Below, one piece after another: positions 1 through 12,300 of a stretch of 64,000 nt of DNA. This DNA is from Octopus vulgaris. Lineage: Eukaryota. The stretch covers positions 101,122,001 to 101,186,000 of the forward strand of contig OX597817.1 in assembly GCA_951406725.2 (NCBI GenBank). The letters run 5' to 3'. Position numbers and translations under genes: made by a program. Position 1 is the first letter of the stretch; the number at the start of each line of letters is the position of its first letter. Below the pieces are notes generated by a model. The model did no database searches, was not told the DNA's origin, and was given only the letters and a program-made list of their open reading frames with translations.

Positions 1-290
1 AAAGAGGAGGGAGGAGGAGGGAGAGAAGGGGGAGAAGGAAGGAGAGGAGAAGAGGAGGGGAGAGGAAGAGGGAGGATAGAGAGGGGGAGAGAGAAGTGGA
101 GTGAGGGAGCAGAGAGAAAGAGGGAAGGGGAAGAGGGAAGAAGAAAGAGGGAAGAAGGGAAGAGGAGGGAAAGAGAGTAGGGGTGAAAGGTTGAAGGACT
201 GAAGAGAAGTAGGGGTCGGGGGGGGGGGAGGTTAGATGAAGAGGGGGGAGAGTTGAGACCAAATGGCGTAAAATAGCGAAGAGAGAAGAT
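1..290. repeat. Purine-rich (GA/GGA) low-complexity tract
   Basis: Almost exclusively G/A on the + strand. Confidence 0.85.
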
Positions 291-334
291 TAATTCATAT
301 ATAAGGTGACACCAATTGTTTGCTGAACTTACGT

Positions 335-1352
335 GGACGGCTGATGAAGGGGATTTTTCCTTGTGTAGTTGTCTTGTACTCTGTTTTTTCGTTGTTAAAG
401 GAATGGTCCGTTCCATGCTGTTTTTACGTTTTCGTTTCTCGTTGAGTTCTACGTCTATTTGTGGTGTCCTGTACACACGTATATATATTTATATATGCAT
501 GTATATATACATGTAGATGTAGGTACGTACATATATGTTTGTATGTATGCATATATTTTATTTATTACACTATTGTATGACTGAGCGCCTTCGCGTCGAT
601 TCGATTCGTTTGATTTCGTTTCGTTTCTTCTTCTCTAAGCTGGTTTTATATATAATTGTGAAGCGAAATTCCATAACTCCTTCTTCTCTCTTTCTTTCAC
701 CCTCTTTTGCTTCCTTCCTCTCTATCTCTACCTCTCTATCTCTCTCTCTCTCTCGCACTCCTTCTCATCTCTCTCACAGCCGGGTCTACGAACTTCCTTT
801 CGCCGGCGGCCTTATTCAAGTAAACATGTTTCTTCCTGCGCTCGTGAAAAAATTTTTTTCCTCGTCTAGGCTTATAGGTTCTCTTTATTTGTTTTCCTGT
901 CCTGTTTCTATTCCTTCTTGTACTCTATTTCTTGTAATTGTATTTTTATTTTGTATTTGTTTTTAATTGTATTGTTTTTACGTCCTGTTTTTGTCACTTT
1001 TTTCCCTTGTTTTTACCCCTCTGCAAAGGAATTTTATTTAATTCTTTCGCAGGAAGGACTAGTTCGACGAGACGTGTTCTGTCCTCACCTTCGAAACACG
1101 CTGGAGTTGAACTAGGGACGGCTGATGAAGGGGATTTTTCCTTGTGTAGTTGTCTTGTACTCTGTTTTTTCGTTGTTAAAGGAATGGTCCATTCCATGCT
1201 GTTTTTACGTTTTCGTTTCTCGTTGAGTTCTACGTCTATTTGTGGTGTCCTGTACACACGTATATATATTTATATATGGATGTATATATACATGTAGATG
1301 TAGGTACGTACATATATGTTTGTATGTATGCATATATTTTATTTATTACACT
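335..1352 (+). mobile_element. Non-coding ~781-bp-period tandem element (1.3 units), retrozyme-like / probably PLE-mobilised
   Basis: 335-~572 is repeated almost exactly at 1116-1352; ends in ...ttattacacta followed by (TA)n; same family at 42904-44528; no credible ORF; carries an HHR-like core. Confidence 0.75.
1059..1134 (+). ncRNA. Candidate non-circularly permuted hammerhead ribozyme
   Basis: CGTGT-T(1078)-CTGTCC ... CCTTC-GAAA-CACG ... GGACGG-CTGATGA-AGGGG. Stem I CTGTCC/GGACGG, stem III CGTGT/ACACG, weaker stem II CCTT(C)/AGGGG. Confidence 0.6.
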
Positions 1353-1939
1353 ATATATATATATATATATATATATAAGTTCAGCAAACAATTTAGATTC
1401 AAATGAATATGGTACTTAATTTAGACGCATCAGAATTTTTTTATGGTGTTACCCATAAAAATATGCGGAGTGATTATAATCAAAAAATAAGCTACAAGAA
1501 TGAATCCGGTAATTTAGTACAATTGTTTCATACTACAACATTTTATTAAAAGCTGTAAATATTACAGCAGATTTAATAGTGATATATTTAACTCTCACTC
1601 TAACCATTACAATACCGCATTATCCAAAGCGGGATATGATCAAGAAATTACCTTTCTCGATAAAGATAGCTTGTATCTTCCGAACAATGAAACGAATATA
1701 AATAACGTAAACAATAATAGATATCATACCCTACATAAAAATAGATTTATGGTGAGGAAAAATCTAGTGTATAAACCAAATTATATGAATAAAAATATTG
1801 ACCAGATCGTAAGTAAATTTGAAAAAAACCAATCTAGATAAATCTAATAAACATATAAATAGAAGTAAAACGAATAATAATTCTCGTGCGAATGGTAATA
1901 ATACATCTCACTCCAACTCATACTTAAACAAAAAATATA

Positions 1940-3041
1940 AAAGAGAAAATATCATTTGGCTAAACATTCCCTTTAATTGTGCGATCTTGTCGAATGTGTA
2001 CAGTAAAATTAAATCTATACTAGAAAAAACTTCCCAGCCTCCCATAAATATCATAAAATAGTTTCTAAGAGAACAGTTAGGATTTCATATTCAACCCTCC
2101 CAAATATGTCTACCATAATAGCTAGACTTAATAGTAAAAACATTAAGTTAGCCAGGAGTAGAACGATTAGTATCAACATGGATAGTAATAATAATTGTAA
2201 TAACAGCATCAAAAATAGAAATAACAATAATAATCATTATCATAATGATAACAACAATAATAATAATAATAACAATAATATTAATAAAAATAATTATAAT
2301 GGTAATAATAGGGATAATAAAAATAAAATTAATACTAAAAATGATGATAGCAATAATATTAATAACAATAATAACAACATTGATATAAATACAAATAATG
2401 ATAATAGCAATACCAATAATGTAGGTAGTACAGGTATTGGTATGTTAGATATGAATGATAGTGTAAATGGATCAATAAATAGTAACCCCATTTTAGATAA
2501 CAATAGGACCACTAATAATTAAAATAATACTAATAATATTACTAATAATATTTTAAATAACAGTAATGTGAGAGAACTATCCTTAAATAATTCTAACTCT
2601 GAAAATTATCCCCCCAGTTGCAACTGTAGGATTAGATCAAATTGTCCTGCATCTGGTCGTTGTTCGGTCCAAAATGTAATTCATAAATGCACTATAACAA
2701 CTTCTAACGGTAACATCTTTTATCTTGGTTGTTCTGTTAATTTTAAACAACGTCTTAACGATCATTTCTCCTCTTTTCGTTTGAAACATAAGGCAGGTTG
2801 CACTACACTATCGAGCAAACTTTGGGAACTTAAAACAAATAATATAGAATACAACCTAAAATGGGGTATAGTTAGGTGGGCAAAACCTTATAGAAATAAT
2901 AGAGTAGGCTGCCAACTCTGCTCTATGGAAACCTATGAAATTTTAAAGTATCGAAGTAATAAAAATATACTAAATAATCGTATAGAGTTAGGAAAGTCTT
3001 GCATTCATTCAACAATTAGGACTTCCAAATATTTTAAATAG
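1940..3041 (+). pseudogene. PLE linker + GIY-YIG endonuclease, frameshifted, with Asn-rich insertion
   Basis: IIWLNIPFN; CNCR..CP..G.C; YLGCS..FKQRL.DH..SF; LSSKLWELK; CQLC..E; LNNR.EL...C.H; similar to the ORF at 46592-47467. Confidence 0.8.
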
Positions 3042-3868
3042 AAATTTAAGGTTTACCTACTTTTTCTAACTGTAACTTTTTAATATAATAATAATATGAG
3101 ATATACTATACCAACCTCTAATTTACTTTTATAGTCAACTAAATTAACCTCACTTTAATCATGAAATTGCATATTTTCCCAATTCTATTCTAATTTTAAC
3201 ATTTAATACTATTCCCCCAGTTATAAAATTCGATATCTACTATAAATTAGATGAGGTTTTGTTCCCATACCCTTTGTAAAAGAATTTAATTGACCTCTGG
3301 ACATTGACCTAGATTTTTTCTCACCACATAAAAATAAATAGCTTTCTGTTCTATTGATAAACTTGATTTCCCTTCATGTATTTTCTCTGCAACTAACTTA
3401 AACCCCTTTTACAGCTTTCTTTCACATCCCCTTACCTAAATTCCTACTAAAAATTCTGATGGCTTTCAGTTGAAAGTAAGGTACGGTCAGTTTAGTAGCT
3501 GATCCCCTACCTCATAGTCTCCTAAGAATTTAGTGATTCTTCTACACTGACCTAAATCTTTTGTCACCACATAAATAGATCGACCCTTTGTTCTAGTGAC
3601 AATCTGTTCGTCTTTTACATCTCCTGAATTTTTTCCCCTCCTTTTCTTCAACTAACTTGATTTCTTAACCTGCCCTTACCCCCATTCTTATAACTAAGGA
3701 AATTTTCTTACAACAGTCAGTTGTGAACGAAGTTTTGGTCAGGTTGGCATCCTAACTACACTACCTCATGTTCCTGAGATTCATATCTACATCTTTATCT
3801 GTATATTTACCTTCCCTAAGATGTTATTAATTGATCTGAGAACTTTATATTATTGGAAAACCTATATA

Positions 3869-3960
3869 AAATTAGCTGAAGATTACTCGGCATATTAAAT
3901 CTGCTGTAATATTTACAGCTTTTAATAAAATGTTGTAGTATGAAACAATTGTACTCAATT
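3869..3960 (+). ncRNA. Type I hammerhead ribozyme in PLE pseudo-LTR (palindromic stem III, long stem II)
   Basis: AATTAG-CTGAAGA-(long hairpin)-GAAA-CAATTG-TA-CT(C)AATT; predicted cut after GUA at 3953. Confidence 0.65.
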
Positions 3961-3981
3961 ACCGGATTCATTCTTGTTGCT

Positions 3982-4054
<73 letters not shown>

Positions 4055-4195
4055 TAGATAGATAAGTAGCTAGCTAGATAAAGAGAGAGAAAAAGAAACA
4101 GAGAGAGGGAAATAGACAAATTGTTTGAAGTGGTAAACAGATTTTTACATATCAAAAAAAGAAATTAAATTAAGCAACAAGGATATCCAGAGGTC

Positions 4196-4283
4196 ATGCA
4201 GTACGATCGTTTCAAGCAACTCCATTTAATTGAACAATGAAATCATTACATCAATTTAAATGCAGAGCAATCCTCAGCTGCAT
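4196..4283 (-). ncRNA. Type I hammerhead ribozyme (PLE pseudo-LTR type)
   Basis: Minus strand ATGCAG-CTGAGGA-(long stem II)-GAAA-CGATCG-TA-CTGCAT; perfect 6-bp stem I and palindromic stem III. Confidence 0.75.
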
Positions 4284-4439
4284 AAAGACATAGAACTGAA
4301 TTAAATTAAAGCAGATGGACACATTAGTATAATTTTACCTAAAACCTCCAAGAACGTAAGAACATGCTGTCTTCACTTCAGCTTAGAAGCTACTAAGGTA
4401 TCAAGAAGAAAGACTTGTTACAGATCTAGCTTGTCACAG

Positions 4440-5360
4440 TGACAAGCTAGAACTCTAACAAGTCTTTCTTCCTAAAACCTTAGTAGCTTCTAAGCTGGAG
4501 TGAAGACAACAAAATAATGAAAAATCTCACTACCCTTATCCAACAGCTTCAAAACTATTAATCGGAGAAGGAAAATGACTACGTAACAAGATTTTATTGC
4601 AAAACCAGTTACTTTTACGGATTTTTCAAACATTCACAAGAGTGAAAAGCTATAAATGAAGCCTGTAGCAGATCAACCTCATTGATTATTAATATGTCAA
4701 ATGAGACCAATTGCGGCAGTTCCGTTCTATGAGATACACAGACTGAGCAACTTCGTTGAAATTCTCCTAAAATACATTCTTCAGCTGAAATCTATTCTTA
4801 TACTGAGTTTCATGAGAGATGATGTTTTAAACCATCTCCCGATGAAAACCAGCATGGAGTCTCATTTTGTTTCATTCGATGTAAAAAAATCTCTACCTTG
4901 CAATTCCGCATGAATACTGACAGGAACATTTCTAAATGACATTCTTGACTGAATTGGAAAGGGTCTAACATTAAAGAATTAAAATTCATCTTACAAAATA
5001 ATTTCTTCAACTTGAACGAAAGTACCAACAGACAAAAGTCTAGGACTGCGATGGGAACGAGAGGAGACCCCACTTTTGTAAACTTTATCATGACATATTT
5101 CGAAGTCCAAATATACGAACACGCCAGACTGAAATTTCGCGATGACTTCCAATAATATACCCGCCAATTTGAAACTCCACATAGACGATTGTCTCATTTT
5201 GTGGTCACATTATGTTCATTAACTCTTGGAGTTTAAAAACTTAATTAAGAACATTAACCACAGTATCGAATTTACAATGGAATACAGTCACAAATAGTTA
5301 TCCTTTTTGGACATCCTAATCATGAACAAATAAACTAACATTAAAACTGATATGTACTTT
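4440..5360 (+). pseudogene. Degraded PLE reverse transcriptase fragment
   Basis: RPIAA, FVSFDVK.L, QNNFF, TAMGT..P, IDDCLILW, FTMEY, LSFLDILI motifs spread across frames. Confidence 0.7.
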
Positions 5361-6054
5361 GTTGCTATTATTTAAAGTAGTGTAAAACCAGAACAGGTAG
5401 ACAAACAGTGTTATGTAAACTATATATAATTGTCCATAAGAGACAGAATTTTCGTCTAGTTTTAGCCCAGCAACAGATAAAGTTTGTTTCTATAACTATT
5501 TTTTAAAATACATAGCTGTGCTGGATTTTATCGAAAGCGGAAAACTTTTGTATAGTAAAGGTATTACTGATTAAAATCTTATCATGAGTATTCTGCGCAG
5601 AAAATAAATCTTTTTTCCAACAGAAAGTAGAATTCTAAATAGCTGTCTAAATAATACGAACCATGAAATGTTTACTATTATGTAGCCATAATGTATAAAG
5701 ATTTTACTGCAGTATGATGGTGGAAGTGTGTGAGTGGCCAAAGAATTTCAAAATCTAACAAAATACAATCTTGCGGAGTCAGGAACTTGATTTATAGTTT
5801 TAAAGGCTGGTGAAATCTAAAATGCAACTCTATAGATTACTGGTTATGTTGCTGTGTAACATATTTTTAGGTTGAAGCGTTAGTCCTTAGCAAAAGGGCT
5901 TTCAGTCTTCTTGGTTCTGAAAATGTGAAGATAATCAGACTATTAGTCCATCGATTCATGAGATTGATACAGACGTTTTAAATGGAGAAGCGGAATAAGT
6001 TTTTGTTTTAACTAAATATTTCCTAGTTCCATATTTAAGAGATGAGGAATTATG

Positions 6055-6664
<610 letters not shown>

Positions 6665-6741
6665 AATATTTCTTTACTGTAATATTGTCTACTCAAAGCA
6701 ACAACAACAACAGCATCAACAGCAGCAGCAACACCAGTAGT

Positions 6742-6782
<41 letters not shown>

Positions 6783-7602
6783 TTGTATGTATGCTTGTTG
6801 TGTGCATTCTTGTTGCACGCATGTATGTAAATACGCATGTTCGCACATACATATGTGTGTTCATGTGAAAACGTGGCTATGGTTGTGACTGTCATTGCAA
6901 ACATAAACCTTACAACATGCTGAACTTCTTAAAAGTTTTATGTATTTTGACATTACCTTTGACAGTATGTAGCAGTAGTTTCTTGAGTAGGCGTCTTCTT
7001 TCAGATTTTGTGAAACTCAACTTTTCAGATGTGGTACTGAGACATTTACTCACGTGGCCAAATGTTTCATTGATTATGAGTAAACATCTAAATATATAGT
7101 TTGGATCCTGCAACTTCAGATTTCATCTGTTCGACACATATATTTTCTTTTCCACTAGTCTTTGATATTATGTTGACATCAACTGGGCAAATGATTTCAA
7201 CTACAGTGCATAGTATAATTTCTCTGTCAATGCCATTATGTCAGTTCGATTTATTTATTTATTTATTTGCATTTTATTGAAGTCTTGGCAGGAACAGTTC
7301 ACTAATATTCTTTCATATTATGTGTGGTTATGACCTCGACATGATTTCGTCTTCTTATATTTAACTCCCCCGTTTTCTTCTTTTGACGCATTTCGTTATA
7401 TAACGCTCGATCTACATCATGTGTGGAAGCATGTATGTACTAAGTACGTATGTATGTATGTATGCATGTATGTATGTGTGTATGTATGTATGTAGTATGT
7501 ATGTATGTATGTATGTATGTATGTATGTATTTGTGTGTGTGCGTGTGTATATGTGTGTGTTTACTGTATACTTGAATGCATGCTATTGCATGTATGTAGC
7601 TA

Positions 7603-8760
7603 CGAGGGACGTTCAATAAGTAATGCAGTTATTTGATCTAGCTGAAATTTTGCATGTGCAATTATTTATATCTCTATAAATTAAGTGGCAAATTACAGCT
7701 CTGAACTAATTGTGGTGTCTGATTTACAGGTGTTTGAACTGAGTCAAGTGTGAAATGGAGCCTGTTGAGTGTCGAGCAGTGATCCGGTTTTTGTATTTGA
7801 AAGGACGCACACCACGGGAGACTTTTGATGAAATGAAAGTAACTTATGGTGATGATGCCCCATCATATGACCTTGTAAAATTTGGCTTCGTGAATTCAAA
7901 CATGGTCGGAACTCTGTGGAAACAGCTCCCAGATCTGGTCGCCCCCTTCTGCCATTGATGAGGTATCTGTCCGTCAAGTTGAGGCTGCCTATTTGGAAGA
8001 TCGACGCATAACTATTCGCCAAATAGCCGATGAGGTCAAGATTAGTGCCGGGTCTGTGGAGATGGGCCAAGAAGAAGAGTAAAAATATTTCAAAAGATTG
8101 ATTACACAGGATGAAACCTGGGTCCATCACTATGATCCAGAGACCAAAGCCCAGTCAATGCAGTGGAAGCACCGTGACTCACCTCCTCCAAAGAAGGCAA
8201 GGGTGCAGCCCTCCGCTGGCATGGTCATGCTCACAGTCTTCTGGGACCAGAACGGAGTAGTGATGACAGATTTCCTGGCAAAGGGTACCACAATTACAGG
8301 AACCTATTATGCTTCACTTTTGAGGAAATTAAGAGAAGCTATCAAAATCAGGAGGCGGGGCAAGATCAGCAAAGGCATCCTCCTGCAGGACAACGCTCCG
8401 GTCCACAACTCGCGTGTCGCCAGATCAGAAGCACAGGCGTGCGGCTATGAACTCCTCCCCCATGCCCCCTACTCTCCTGACCTTGCACCCTCTGATTTTC
8501 ACCTCTTCCCAGCTATGAAGTTGTTTTAGAAAGGAAAGCGTTTCCCAGGTGATCCAGCCTTGATTTCTGAATCATGTCGTGGTTGGAGGACCAAGCTGGG
8601 GTCTTCTACAAAAACGGTCTCCAGAGCTGCATCAAACGATGAGAGAAATGCATAACTCTGGGTGGTTCCTATGTAGTTAAAGACTAATAACTGTGCCAAG
8701 TTTCATTGCTCTACTGCTATGGGAAGTGGGTCAGGGGCATTACTTATTGAACTCCCCTCG
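7603..8760 (+). mobile_element. Mariner (Tc1/mariner) DNA transposon, defective
   Basis: 24-bp TIRs cgaggg(ac/ga)gttcaataagtaatgc; TA on both sides (7601-7602, 8761-8762). Confidence 0.93.
7755..8690 (+). pseudogene. Mariner transposase pseudogene
   Basis: ITQDETWVHHY, QDNAPVH, PYSPDLAPSDFHLF motifs; frameshifts, stop codons and an internal deletion. Confidence 0.92.
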
Positions 8761-9275
8761 TATATGTTTGGACGTACGCATGTTTTAAAAGTTATTATTT
8801 TAGTTAGGAAAGAACGCAGTACCCATGACATTTTTGCAGGACCTCCAAGCATGATGGGTGTGATGAGTAAGATATCTTCAAACCGATGACCTTGCTTGAA
8901 TGTCTGTCATAAAGAGGATTCGGCTAAAAACAGCCACGGTGCCCGGTGTGTGTGTGTGTGTGTGTGTGTGTGAGTGTGTGTGTGTGTGTGTGTGCGTGTG
9001 TGTGTGTGTGTGTTTGCATGCGTATGTGTGAATTTGCATACATGCATGCAAATACACACATACGCACGCAAACATACACACATGCATACGCACGTGAACA
9101 TGTGTATGCATATTGCTATATCTTTGGTTACTTTGCCAATGAACACACTTGTTTTTTTTATCATATATTTATTATTGGGCATCTTTTTAACTAGTCAGCC
9201 AATTTCCCATTTGATCAAGAATTCTAAGGCCAGCCAAGTCACTTATCAAGAATTCTAAGATCTGCACGCAGTTTC

Positions 9276-9340
<65 letters not shown>

Positions 9341-9365
9341 TTCTCTCTCACTCACTTACGCGCGC

Positions 9366-12300
9366 GCGCTGTCGCCTTCCCTGCTAACAAATATCCGATG
9401 TCTCCTTATGGGCGGAGGAAGATGGCAGCCTCTGATCAACATGTGCTTTTTAAAGCTCCTAGAAAATAGCCAAGAAATTTCTGAAAAGCTACGAAGGCTA
9501 TTATAAATAAAACTCAAAAAATCTTTGAATGTCTTCCTGAATGACTAAGTATTGACTTGAGGAAATATAAAGTGAAACATATTAAGTAGGAAGAATCTTT
9601 TGCGAATGTAGTAATTATAAACATTGCATGCCCTCCTCTCCTGATACTTCTCAACTGAAGCTGAAATCGACCATCAGCACAGAAGTTGCAGAAATTAGAC
9701 AAATGATTTCTGCTTTAAGTCACGAAATAGCAGAAATCAAGACCAGTGTCTGTGCGAAAACTCCCAGCGTGGGTGATCATATCGGAGTGCCTTGCTCAGC
9801 AACTTACCTGTAGCTCGTACGGAACCTCGACGCATCGAGGAAGTTGCTGAATCAACCACTCATGAGGTAATTGCCATCGGAGTGCCGGAAGATTTGATAG
9901 ATCTGCAGCCATTCACCGGAAACACATCTAAGGACCTCAGCTGTGTTCCTCCAAGGAGTGCTTTCCGCCTTGGCCGACCAGGATCCAAACCCAGACTGAT
10001 CAGGCTGATGTTTTCAAACTTTACTGAGGCGCGAGCATACCATCTGGCTGCTGATAGGGCTCGGCGCGAAAACAGAATCACCTTTAGGACACGTCCTGGC
10101 CTACCACCGGATGTACGCCCAAGGCTAAGATCTGTAGCTTCCCTAAATCGCAACTCTGTGCCACAGGAAAGTCTTAGCCTCCGCGATGATGGGCAAATCT
10201 GGAAATTTGTCAAGTCTGGTGAGCCGTGGATAAGGAATACCAGTTGGACTAAGTAAACTGCACCCACAACAACAACTGGCAATACAAAAGTCTTGGGAAA
10301 CTAACCAAGAACAATCAGCCATCCCCTGCATATCATCATCTGAAATCCAGATACAAACTGCTGTCCTTGAATGCCCGTAGTTTATGCAACAAGGTACATC
10401 TTTTTGACTCTTACGTCAAAAGTATCAACCCAGATTTCATCAGTCACGGAAATATGGGCACATTCTGCACTCTGTGATGGAGTTTTCAGCATAACCGGCT
10501 ACAACATGTTTCGCAAAGACCGCATTAATCGCCATGGAGGGGGTGTGATGGTTTATGTTCGATCAAATCTATCGGCAATCTCTTGTGATGATTTGAACCA
10601 ATCTCAGCAGAAAGTATTTTTCTGCAATATACACATGACCATGTCAACACTTCTGCTTGGAGTTGTTTACCGCCCCGCAAATTATCATCAAGACGCACAG
10701 CTTTTTGATATCCTCAGAGCTGCTGCCATGAAGACAGCCACGTATGCTTATATTGCGGGTGACTTCAATTTCCCTGCGATTGACTGGGAGGCCGCAAAGT
10801 GCAGACGATTTCCTTGAACTGGTGCTGAATTCAAATTGGTCCCAAGTCGTTACCTCCCCCACAAGGAGTAACAACACTTTGGATCTGCTACTTACCGCTT
10901 CTCCTGAAACAATCATTAGTGTCACTACTGAAGAGCCTTTAGGTGACTCTGATCATTCCATGATGATGGCCGACTTGTCTCTGATTGGTTGTAACAAAAA
11001 CCACAACCATCTTCAAACTGCTCACTTTGACTGGAATAAAGCAGACTGGAGCTCTTATTGTACTGAGCTGCAACGCCCAAACTGGCTCGAATTTTATGCC
11101 TCTGGAGATGTGGACACTATACTCAAGAACATTCTGAATTCAATATGGGCGGCATGTGCAGCATCAGTACCATGCAAGCACAAAAAACCACCCAGTAGTA
11201 CAATTTGGGAGACTGCAGCAGTACGACTTGCCAGGAAAGGACGCCGTAATGCTGAACAGGAATACAAAATGCACAAATTAGAGATCAACAGGAAAAAGCG
11301 CAACAGGTCAGCCAACCACCTCAAGCAGGTGACAAAAAAGGTAGTGCTTGAATTTGGACAGCGCATTACAACCAGCCCTGACAACAAAGTGTTCTGTAAG
11401 TATGTGCACTCAAACCAGAGACCTCACTCTCCAGTTGGTCCCCTTCGCAATTCACACACAGGGCAGATTACTGGTAATCCCAAATAATGTGCAGAAATCA
11501 TTGCTGGATGCTATGCTGGCATCTTTACTGTCGAAGACCAAAATGTTAATCTCCATCACCTCTGACATCGGACTCTATATCTTCTATGAAGTTTACACCA
11601 GCAATGCTACACCGACACCTTAAGAATAAACGCAAATATGCCTCTCCTGGTCTCGATGGTGTTACATACCTACTTCTCAAACGCGGTGGGTACTTTCTTC
11701 TAAGCCAACTTTCTCTATTCTTCCAATTCTGTCTTGACAATGGTGTTACTCCAGAGCAGTGGAAAACTGCCAGTGTTATCTCTCTGTTCAAAAAAGGTGA
11801 CCGCACATCGCCTGTCAACTATCGCCCCGTTTGTCTTACTAGCTGCATCGCCAAACTGATGGACTTGTCAGGGAAACCCTCTGAAACTTCTGGAAGTCTC
11901 ACAGCCTCATCCAGCCGTCACAATTTGGATTTATTCTTAACTCCAGCTGCTGTAATCAACTCATCGAGTTTCTTGAGGATATTACCCAAATCACTGATCG
12001 CGGATCTTGGGTGGATGTTGTTTACCTGGACTTTTCTAAGGCTTTTAACTCTGTGCCACACAAAAGACTTATGGTGAAACTCTCTGCGTTGGGCGTAAGA
12101 GACGAACTCTATAACTGGTTGAAGTCCTTTATTTTCGGCCGAAAAGAGGTTGTCACAGTTCTAGGGCAGCACTCTTCACCCTATGAGATGACATCTGGTG
12201 TACCACAGGGGTCTGTTCTTGGCCCCCTTTTATTTGTTGCATATGTTAATGACATAGATGCCAACTTAAAGAATGCCACAGTGCTGAAATATGCAGATGA

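Larger units (their letters stand above)
1377..3985 (+). mobile_element. Penelope-like element, 5'-truncated, with inverted pseudo-LTR copy, between (TA)n tracts
   Basis: GIY-YIG-type coding remnants; ~90-bp inverted repeat 1487-1578 vs 3893-3985; (TA)n at 1353-1376 and 3986-4051. Confidence 0.8.

Noticed and set aside
1066-1108. Kink-turn in the extended stem III of the permuted HHR
   Set aside because: The required GA/GA pairing fits this copy only; the other two copies have T at the key A
6910-7113. Short ORFs, one with a signal-peptide-like start
   Set aside because: 60-67 aa, no recognisable motif and no splice support
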